Shown one piece after another: positions 54,040 through 64,000 of a stretch of 64,000 bases of DNA (positions are counted from its first letter, which is position 1; each line of letters begins with the position of its first letter). Below the pieces are notes generated by a model. It did not search any database. It worked only from the letters and a program-made list of their open reading frames with translations, and was not told the origin of the DNA. The position numbers and the translations under genes are program-made. This DNA is from Selaginella moellendorffii (taxonomy: Eukaryota; Plantae; Lycopodiophyta), in contig NW_003314268.1 of NCBI RefSeq assembly GCF_000143415.4, positions 1,003,987 through 1,067,986 of the forward strand. Direction: 5' to 3'.

Positions 54040-55735
54040 CCCTGGCGCGCTCACACCGCCTGGATCGGCACGCTCGTCGTGCGATGGAAGATCGCAGGGC
54101 GTCATGATCCAGAAGGAGCGCCGCCGAATCTGTGGCAAGCACGGCGTGGAGCCCCACTTCTGCGATTGCGTCCACGACGCCATCTTCATCGCGTGCCTTC
54201 GCAAGGTCTGGTAACTGGATCTTTGCGAGCTTCGAATTCGCGGATGGATTAGAGTACCTCTCCTCGGGGATGCCAGCGAGTTCCAGCGGCGTTTTGGAGA
54301 ATCTCTTCACGCCGTCCATGCAAGAAACCGCTCAAGGGGTTCCTGCAAGCGCTTGGCGGAATGCGCGATTGGATTCGGCCGCATGGTGTAAGACTCGATC
54401 TTTGGGTCCGTCCAACAACATCTGGCACGCTCGCTCGCTCCACTGATGGTCTCATCGACGCCATCATGGCTTCCACGACAAGGTGAGTGCTCTGCTCTCT
54501 CTTTTCTCCAAAGTTTTCCTTGTTTACAGCATTTCCCCGGAACAGTTACGATACCAGAAATCTTCGAGCGAACACACAGGAACACATAAAGAAAGCAATC
54601 ACCCAAACAATCTGGCGAGCAAAGACGCAAGAACACATCAAGAAAAAAACCACCCATGCAAGAACCCAGTTTTATTCACGCTATTTGCAGGCTCAGATCT
54701 CCAGTTCCAGCTCTTCCAGATGGATTCCTCCGTGCACTCTCGCTTTGTTATCTGTTTAGAAGCAAACACGAGGTTTGTATACAGACAAAAAGTTGTAAGA
54801 GTTAACCTCTTTCGAGTTTTCGTTGAATCCCGCAAAGAATTTATTGCCTTTGGCGTTACCTCCAATGGCTCCAGTCGGTGTAATCGTTGTTGACGACGTG
54901 GAAGTATCCATGTCGGCATCTACAAAAGCAGAAGAAGAAGACGAAATCCTGTTCGAACGGGGCAATACAAGTTTACGATCACTTTGGACAGCATCCTTTT
55001 TCTTTCTTAGCTCACAGCAGCACGACATTCTGATCTGCGATCTACGAGATCCGAGCAACCCTACGTCGCGGCGCGGAATGGAGCGTACTTCATCACATCT
55101 GGAGCTGGATCCGGAAGGAATAAGCGAGCGTGTTCCATCGCTAGCTCCATCTCTCTCCTCCATCTCAATGGAAGAAAGAAGAAGGAAAGTCTGGCAACCT
55201 CCGCCGGGAATGGATGAACACTGGAAAGAGTTCTCTAGCCCTGGCACGGAAGCGTTCTCTCCATTTATGAAACAAAGAAAGAAGTTGTACCTCTGGAAGT
55301 TTTGCTTGATAGTATCCTGAAGAACTTCTTAGCTCTTGCTTCCCTTGACATGCCTAAACGCTGCTTGACACAAGTTAGTAATGAAGCAGTCGCCACAGCA
55401 AGGCCAAGCGGATTGCAAATGGTCTGACCAAATCCATGCATGAAAAAAACATGGAACAAAATGGATTGATCGGAACCCATTCTTCCCCCGGCAACCACGA
55501 CTCTAGCGAGATCCACGTCTCCTCTGGAGTTTTCGTGTCCTTTCAAAGCAAACAAGTATGGATCACAGTATAGAGAGAACTTTGCTGGAAGAAACAACGT
55601 ACGAAGCGTTTTTTTGGATGTTGATTTTGGATATGATACGCATTCCAGTCGGTTTGTAATCCGGTGGACGTGAGTGTCGACACAAATGCATGCACGCTCT
55701 CCACGTTCATCACCTACATAAAGTTTTGGAAGGCA
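54040..55735. pseudogene. Mosaic of an F-box relic, pectate lyase fragments (both orientations) and the NTH1 3' end
   Basis: Copies of parts of ~45770-46370 direct, ~46370-46990 inverted, ~47000-47990 direct including [14 protein letters not shown]. Confidence 0.85.
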
Positions 55736-55739
55736 AAAT

Positions 55740-56542
55740 GATTTATAAATAAAATATAAATGAGACAAAACAGATATAAAGCTATAATATATAAATAAAA
55801 AATACATATAACTCAATATATTATTCTAAATGAACAAATAAACGAACACAACGAAAAAATAATATAGTATACACAAGGTACAACATGAATATGGAAATTC
55901 CTGTCCTACAAATTTCAGCTTACCAAATAACACAAGAAAAATACAAATAGTATATAAAATATTACATTTAAAAAAGAAAATAGCAATTGAAATAACACAA
56001 AAAATAGCAACGGAAAATGGACTAGTAAATGGAGCAGATGGAGTATTATAAAATGTAACCCATATCAAAGAAGAAAACATAATAGATAGAATCCCCAAAT
56101 ATAGAAACAGGTGAAAAAACAAAAGCTAAAGAGTAAATAAAAATAATTTTAAAAAACAAGATACCAATAAGAAAAGTAACAAGAATAATAAATATTGCTA
56201 AAATCCAAAATTATGTTTTAAACAGAACCCACCATATGTAGGAAGAATAATACACAGAGCTTAAGGATCAACAGTAAAACAATTAGAATATGACCTGTAT
56301 AAAACAAAATATCAAAGACAAGCATATATAACATTATCAAGAGCACAAACATTAGAGGTAATAAAGATGCAGCTAAAGACATAATAAGAATGACAACAGA
56401 AGCACCATGGCAAATTAATTTAATAGATTTACAAAAAGAGAAAAAATCTAACCGAACTAATACAAGTTTTAAATATAACATCTGTTACAGCATATCAAGA
56501 AGATATAAAGAGTGTTTCAAAATTATTAACATTAAATATAAT

Positions 56543-56578
<36 letters not shown>

Positions 56579-57085
56579 ACCCATATAGCAATATTTCATA
56601 CAAATGACTATAAATCAGAAAAAGTAAAACATTTAAAAACAGAAAAAATGGCAATGTCATATATATCACTAGTGAAAAATAATAAATAAATACAAATACT
56701 AAATTTACATAGAAAACCTGGAACAATTATATAAATATTTATAAAATAACTACATATGTATATATATATAAAATAATTACAGGAAATTTCAATATTGACT
56801 ATCAAAATGAAGAAGCAAAACCAATGGAGATATATATAAATAATAAAAGACAATACACATTATAAGAAACTAATAGATCATATGTGGATAAAAGATATAA
56901 TGAAGTAGTACCAGCATACTGGACAGATCAAAACAAATTATATAGTAAAAAATATTTAAAAAAAAAAAAACAAAACAAGCATTGCTGCAACACAATGTAC
57001 AGCAATTTATTTTGTGTTGCTGATTACGCAAACTGTTATAAATGGGAGAGTTTGAGAATATTCACAAAATATTATTATTCTATAG
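55740..57085 (+). mobile_element. Decayed Helitron/Helentron-type PIF1 helicase + AP-like endonuclease relic
   Basis: Same-frame NGLVNGADG (56016-56042), IIHRA*GST and QAYITLSRA (56247-56345); then NLHRKP, IITGNFNID (56773-56799), LIDHMW, YWTD. Confidence 0.75.
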
Positions 57086-58102
57086 CGGGGATTTAATGTG
57101 CTAGGGCTGGCGGCCGGACGAGGCCGTGATCTGCAACATAATTGAATGTTTATAATGTTAAACCTTTTTACTATGTAACATTTATTCCTTGGAGAAACTA
57201 CATGGTTAACTAAACCAAAGATAACTGGTCATCTAGCACCAACTTGAGGAACACCCAATTGCTGGTCTGACGAATGAGCCTAGCAGCTCATCTAGACAAA
57301 AGTGGGATGAATCTAGTTGCCATAAAACTTAGGCCAGGGCATTGAGATGGAACAGCTGTTTGCAGGGTGACAGCCCAACAGTGGAAAGAAGAGTGGGATG
57401 AGGGATCCTTGTCCTCGCAGTTGAGCAAAAACTGGATGTATGCGGATCCATCATACACGTGGTGCTCTCTCTCCAGGAGTGCAGATGAAAGGTATGTGGA
57501 TTATATTGCCCAGCTCCTGTTCGACGATCTGCTGCCTCCACCTTAATTGTCTTGGGAAATCACAGCTTTGATAGCAGCTGAGACACTAGATAGACGGAGA
57601 GCGGAGAGGGCAAAGCCGTACATACTTGGAGCGGAAGATGGACTGGTGGTTCTATATTAATCATAGATTAATATAAGTAATTTGAATTATATCCAAATCT
57701 GAACAAACCATAAACCTGTAGACCAAGTCAATGTTTTGAACGAGGATTTGACTTGACCATTGAATAGTCAAGCACGTTCACACAGGTTAGCAAGCTACGT
57801 ACAGCACGCATTACTTTTTTGAAGCTTCTATGATTCTCCCACTGATTCCTTCATGCAGGCTTTGTGTGTCAACATCCTTGAAATTTAAACATTTCCGCTC
57901 CCGCAAAGATGGGAAGGACCATTTCAACGTAGCACTCGCGTGCTCTGGATGTTAGATTGACAATCTCAATCCTATTGCAACAAAAACTTGGTGAAAGAAA
58001 CCGAAACCCCTCGTTCGATTTGATTAGAACTTACATGAGAGGAGAGATTGATCATCTCATCCACAACAAAACCTCTTTATGATCAGTAATCAGTCACGAA
58101 TT

Positions 58103-58502
58103 CTAGCAGCAGCAGCAAGAGCAGCGGCAGCAGCAGCAATCGTCCTTTGGCTTGGGCTTTTCCACCTTGATCTCCTGGACGGATTCCACAGAAATACACT
58201 TGCGTTTCTTCTCGGTGGCCTTGAGGATGTCGTCCACCTTGAAATCACCCGTGAAGGTGTAAAGGGGATCGTTAACCTCCACTTTCTTCACACCTGCAAG
58301 AGAAGATCTCTTGATCAGCGATCAAAATTTGGGAGAATTTGCGGAAATCCACACTCACCGGAGACGCCGTGATAGATCTGAGACATCATCCTGTCCTTGC
58401 ATTTGTTGCAAGAGTCCACTTTCAAGACAACCTGCAGCACAGGGCTCGAGATCAAACAAGGCTCAACGAAATCAGAGACGCAATGCTCACCTTCCAAGCC
58501 AT
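58103..58502 (-). CDS. HMA-polyCys protein copy C
   Basis: MAWK|VVLKVDSCNKCKDRMMSQIYHGVSG|VKKVE...DDCCCCRCSCCCC*. Confidence 0.82.
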
Positions 58503-58979
58503 CTTGATTGTCTACGAATTTGCAGATCACAGTTGTGAAATTCGCAGCTTTGACAAGCTTGAGACACTAGATACGGAATGAAGAGGGCCCTGCTGCTGAC
58601 TGGGGAGACGTCATGAATTTATATCCGAGCAGCAGTCGGATGGAATGCTTTCCACTCGTTTTACGCGGAAAGTTTCCCGTAGAAATTGCCGCGTGGAAGC
58701 CGTCTTTGTATGTACGATGAATCCCGCGCACGTTCGTAAAGAGAAAACGTTTTTTTTATTATAATACTTTTTATATCGAGTTTGGCGCCAAAGCCCTAAT
58801 TGTTTGAACAGAAATGTAGGGTTTGATCGCTGGCGTGCAAGACCTTGCGCGCTCACACCGCCTGGATCGGCACTGTTGTCGTGCGGTGGAAGATCGCCCC
58901 CAATTCGACAACCAGGGCGTCATGATCCAGAAGGAGCGCCGCTCGAATCTGTGGCAAGCACGAAACAAAGAACAAGGCC

Positions 58980-60110
58980 AGAGAACTCTTCCGTTCCTGG
59001 CCGAGGTTGCCAAACTTTCCTTCTTCTTTCTTCTATGAAGATGGAGATGGAGCTCCAATCTCTCTCCATCATCTAACCATCCTTCTAGCGATGGAACACA
59101 CTCACTTATTCCATCCAGAAACCTTAAAAACATCATAGTCCGCATGGATAATTAAGAGGGCGAGACCGATCGACAAGCTATAGGAGTAATGTTGTACAGC
59201 TGCTGATGACGTGGCGATGATCATCCTCAAGTCAGCATGGAAATCCTACTCCGCAGGGAATTGCTCCTGTCGAGAGAGTTAACTCACCAATGTAGGCCGT
59301 GGGCTTGGCAGCGAGGCTCGAGGTTTTGCCATAGACCGATCCAGCTCTCCAGACGTGATGAAGTACGCTCCATTCAGGAACAAGTTCTTCTCGGATCTCC
59401 CGTGCCAGCTCTTCCAGATTGATTTCTCAGTGTACTCTCGCTTTATGATCAAACATCAGTTTTGTAGCCTATACAAAGAAAAAGTTCAAAAAAGCTTTAC
59501 CTCTTTCGAGTTTTTGCAAAGAATGTATTGCCTTCGGCGTTAATTGTGGGATTTGGGCTGCCTCCAATGATGTGTATCTTCCATTCATTTAGTTGTAGCT
59601 TTATGATATTAGCATTTGTGTAGTCATGGTTGACGACGTGGAAGTATCCGTGTCGTGTCGGCATCTACCAAAGCAAAAGAAGAAAACGAAATCCAGTTTA
59701 GAAAAGCCAAACCCGTGCGCAAAGAAAGCAAAAGCATGAGGCTGACCTCGGCATTCTTTCGACTAAACCCTGTTTAAAGTGATTATAAGCTACAGTCACT
59801 TGCATTGCCCGGTCCGCAGTGTAATCGTCGTTGTGTCCCAGGAGCATCCAAAGCGTGAAAAAAACCAGTTACGATACCAGAAAAAGACACAAGAACACAC
59901 AAGAAAACTTCAAGATGATCCACAGCGGATCATGCCGTAGCGCAGCGTGCCGGGCTTGGGATTCACTGGGTTTTCGTCGCACAAAGTAGATCTCCCCGTT
60001 CTTACCCCCGAGGCCAAATCCTCGCGCATTCAGCCAAGCGTTTGCGATTGTTGTGCCAGTTTGGGTCGCAGCGCCAGCAGTCGTCGATCGGATTGCCGCT
60101 GCTACCACAA
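58980..60110 (-). pseudogene. Inverted, deleted copy of the pectate lyase gene
   Basis: Reverse complement of ~46560-47420 and ~45710-45940, introns retained, many indels. Confidence 0.85.
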
Positions 60111-60119
60111 CAGAACGCT

Positions 60120-60620
60120 ACCTCCGAGAAAGAAACAAACAAACCCGGAGTGAGTTGAAACTTTGCTCGATCTCCTCCACCTCCGGGCAGCGCTCCAAAG
60201 ATTCAGATAGTGTAGTCCAAAGACGAGGAAAAACAAAGCCAAGAAAATGTGGGTGGGTTTCTAGGCTATAGTTTATTATGGATGAGCAAGAGGAGCAGCA
60301 AGATGCGGAGGACGCGCTCGTCCTCTTCCCAGCGCCAGCGCTAGCAGACCTTGTGGAGGCGCGCGATGACGCTGGAGATGGCGTCGTGGACGTAATCGCA
60401 GAGGTGGAGCTCCACGCCGTTCCCTGGTTGTCGAATTGGGGGCGATCTTCCACCGGCGGCCATCGCACGAAGCAAGCCGATCTAGGAGGTGTGAGCGTGC
60501 CAGGCCTTGCAGACCGTCAGCAACAAAAGGAGATTGAGAGCGTGGTACCGGAAGATCTGGAGGAAGCGCTCCAAGAAAGAGATTTCTTTCAAAAAATTAT
60601 GACAAATTTGAAAAACTCAG
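60120..60620 (-). pseudogene. F-box/LRR-like gene relic
   Basis: LQIFRYHALNLLLLLTVCKAW F-box-like segment and [11 protein letters not shown]-like segment with in-frame stops; paralogous pieces near 51140, 54050 and 58830. Confidence 0.45.
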
Positions 60621-60650
60621 TTGGCGGTCAATTGGCGCCAAAATCCAAAA

Positions 60651-60735
60651 TGGGGTGAGAGAGGCTCGAACTCTCGACCTCAGGATTTCTCAGGAGCTAT
60701 GAGACCTACGCGCTGACCAACTGTGCCACCACCTC
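60651..60735 (-). tRNA. Elongator tRNA-Met (CAU) with ~11-nt intron, possibly decaying
   Basis: GAGGTGGTGGCACAGTTGGTCAGCGCGTAGGTCTCATA-[intron]-ATCCTGAGGTCGAGAGTTCGAGCCTCTCTCACCCCA; A:C mismatches in the acceptor and D stems. Confidence 0.85.
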
Positions 60736-61062
60736 TTCTAGAAACTTCTTATATAATTATAAGTCAAACCGTGCATTTTATTTTTCATCAGATTCATTGG
60801 ACGTAAGTTCAAGCAAGGACGCCTTCCACGCGGCAATTCCTATGCGAAACTTTAAGCGGAAAACCGAGTGGAAAGCATTCCATCTGACTGGAAATCTTGC
60901 GTCGCACGTTACTCGGGTATAAATTCATGACGTCTCCCCAGTCAGCAGCAGGGCCCTCTTCTCTTCTGCTTCTCCGTCTCTCCGACTCTCGTGGATATTG
61001 GTATCGCTTGTCAAAGAGCTGCGAATCCGTGATCTTCTCGATCAAATTCGTAGACAATTAAG

Positions 61063-61476
61063 ATGGCTTGGAAGGTGAGCATTGCGTCTGGCTGATTTCG
61101 TTGATTGTTTGATCTCGAGCTCTGCGCTGTAGGTTGTCTTGAAAGTGGACTCTTGCAACAAATGCAAGGACAAGATTATGTCTCAGATCTATCACGGCGT
61201 CTCCGGTGAGTGTACATTTCCGCGAATTCTCCCAAATTTCGATGCTGTGATCGCTGAACAAGAGATCTTCATGCTCTTGCAGGTGTGAAGAAAGTTGAGG
61301 TTAAAGATCCCCTTTACACCTTCACAGGTGATTTCAAGGTGGACGACATCCTCAAGGCCATCGAGAAGAAACGGAAGTGTATATCTGTGGAATCCGTCCA
61401 GGAGATCAAGGTGGAAAAGCCCAAGCCGAAGCCAAAGGACGATTGCTGCTGCTGCTGCTCCTGCTCCTGCTGCTAG
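61063..61476 (+). CDS. HMA-polyCys protein copy D (inverted relative to A-C)
   Basis: MAWK|VVLKVDSCNKCKDKIMSQIYHGVSG|VKKVE...KPKPKPKDDCCCCCSCSCC*. Confidence 0.85.
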
Positions 61477-64000
61477 AATTCCGGACTGATGACTGACGAT
61501 AAAGAGTTTTGTTGTGGATGAGATGATCGATCTCTCCTCTGTGTTTTCCTTGTAATCAATTTCGAACGAGTGTTTAACGTAGAGCACCAGATCATTCAGT
61601 TTCTTTCACCAAATTTTTGTTGCAATAGGATTGAGATTGTCGATCTAACATCCGGAGCACGCGAGTGCTACGTTGAAATGGTCCTTCCCATCTTTGCGTT
61701 TAAATTTCAAATATGTTGACACATAAAGCCTGCATGAAGGAATCATTCGACACAAAAAGTAATGCGAGTTGCTGTAGATTGCTGGCTATAGGCCAGGTAG
61801 ACGACGTGTGTGAACGTCGTGCTCGTGTCAAGTCAAGTCCCCGTTCATAAGCATTGACTTTGACATGGACTTCTGAGATATTTCTGTCCAGTGGCAGTAC
61901 AATGAGTTGTATATATATTTTATGTGATTGTATGGATACAAAACCATGTCCATCCCAGATATCCCACTGAAAACAACCTCTAGGCTCCATCAGTGTCCCT
62001 ATTGTATTAACAGGGAGCTAACCCTAGGTCAACCATAAAATATTTTTGGAATATTCCTATGCTTCTGCCATTTTAGAATATAAATGAAAATCCTCTATAA
62101 CCCTGTAGGTTGCAGCAGATTGCATTGCCAAGGAATCTCCATTCTTTGTTGGGTATGGAAAATAATTGATTTTTGAAGAAAGTAGTGTAGCCAGATTAGA
62201 AAAATTTAGATCATAAGTAACCAATAAACAACTAGCTTAGAAAATTGCTTCACAAGAAATCTGACAATGTGTAAGAAAGGAAAAGATTCTTTACAGTTAA
62301 TTAAAAGTTGATCAAGATTGTCTAAAGGACATTGAAAGGATAAAAGATTTTGAGTGAAGCCACAAGTTGATATGCCATTGACAAGGATCTGGAACTGACT
62401 TACAAATGCAACACATTTTTGGCAACTGCAAAAGAATAAGTAACAATTTATTTTCTTGGACTATAGGATGAAAACGGTGCCATGAAAAGAATTAGTAAGA
62501 TGTCTTTAATACAAGAAATAATTGATGAGTTTATTCAATAAAGTCAGTAGAAGCTAACTTATTTCACCATTAACCCTTCTTTACCACCCTTTTTTATAAT
62601 TTATAGAATGACAATGCTATTTTTTTGTATTTATTTATTAAAACATAATTTATTTTCTATCTTGGCAAAAGAACATAGAGTTATGCATTAAGAAAATTAA
62701 ATTTCCATGATATCTTTAAATAAAATTATTTAATATAGATTTTTCAGATATAAAATAACTTTCCTTATTTACCTTATTACATTTCACATTTCACACAATT
62801 TTTTTCTGGAAGAATTTGAAACCCTAATACTTAAAAATTGCAATTGAAACTAAATAAAATTAATTAATAGATTTACCACTTAATATTTTTTAGCTTGGTT
62901 AAGCAAGTGGTGGATGGTCAAACCTAAAAAAGAATTGATATTATTTAAAATAATCTTATATTTATAAATTATAATCATATTTATAATTTAAAATAAGTTT
63001 TTCTTTAACAATTTTTAGAGGATCTTGTGGCTAGAGATTGGATGATGCATCATAAAAGGCCTAAATAAGAATATATAAAATTATAAATTATGGATGTGTT
63101 ACTTTTTTTTTGGTTTTTTTACATATAAAGATAAATATCAATATAGATAAATCTCGTTTATTCACTAAAGTTAAATTATTATCACTATAGGAAAAACAAT
63201 CTAGCTAAATTTAGGCTATAACTTAATTTTTTGTTTTAAACATTAAGTAATAATAAAATTATTTATAAGACTGGGTGACAAAAAAATGAATATGACTAAC
63301 AAGGATGAAGGTTATAATTAACAAAAAATGGAGAATGATGCGTTAAATAATGCTAAGAATTATTATAAAAAAAACTCATTAAAAAAAGAATATCATATAA
63401 TCATTATATCAAAAAAATTTAAAAACTTGAATAATATGCTTTGATTATTTATTGGTGTGAGGATGGTGAAAAGTTGATAGCTTACTTTTGATATAAAGGA
63501 AATAAATAAACTAACACCAAAAGGGGAAACAAATTAAAGCCCACAATCATTAATAATGTTATTTAGCAATCTATAAAGACAAAAGATTTTTTTATAGATA
63601 AACTCAACCTCCATCAACTATTTATCTACATAGCAAGAAAATGTGTCATTTTGGAAACCATTCAATCATAATAAAGATATTGCTAAATCCTTAAAATGGT
63701 AGAAGATCAATAAGGAAATTTATAAAAGTAGATTTCCAAGCCTCTAAGAGGAAATGATTGGAGAAGACAAATTGAATGATGCTAACGTATTTTGGTTCAC
63801 TAAAACATATTGTTAGTAGAACCAAACTTTCCAATATACTTAAACATATTAGGCCATTTGGGACCAATTGTAATATCTTGTAAATGTCAAAGTGCTTTGT
63901 TGTAAGAGTGTTATAGCACATTTGGATAACATACAACCACATGTCACCATTAGTACATATAGCTGAAGTGATTAATAAGAAGTCCCATCTACAATTGAAA

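Noticed and set aside
50020-61910. Whole block as a single Pack-MULE with 1-kb TIRs
   Set aside because: No 9-11 bp TSD at the outer ends, and the arm sequence also occurs internally as direct copies
61950-64000. AT-rich terminal region, possibly a TE relic
   Set aside because: No assignable motif

Overview
Gene-dense, short-intron land-plant nuclear DNA. A Selaginella-type lycophyte is inferred from intron size, gene density and a double-headed Bowman-Birk inhibitor; this is not proven. Recognisable genes are a GDSL lipase pseudogene, tRNA-Gln, a 2OG-Fe(II) dioxygenase, a TRF-like Myb gene, a polygalacturonase, two peroxisomal 4CL-like acyl-CoA ligases, RPN11, a Bowman-Birk inhibitor, an AT-rich secreted GNA-lectin chimera, an RNF170-like RING gene, a BPM pseudogene, SEC23, a pectate lyase, NTH1 and an intron-containing tRNA-Met. 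Decayed Ty3/gypsy elements and MITEs are also present. The most unusual content is a seven-member family of small three-exon HMA-domain (Pi21/HIPP-like) genes with a Pro/Lys linker and a Cys-cluster C-terminus, which the ORF track shows only as fragments. Three diverged copies lie at 21.5-25.4 kb next to the BBI and lectin. Four young copies with (TGC)n-encoded poly-Cys tails lie in a ~12 kb rearranged block (50.0-61.9 kb). That block also holds scrambled sense and antisense fragments of the neighbouring pectate lyase and NTH1 genes, F-box relics and a decayed PIF1-helicase + endonuclease (Helentron-type) element. Exon boundaries were read by eye from GT/AG sites and homology; no database searches were run.
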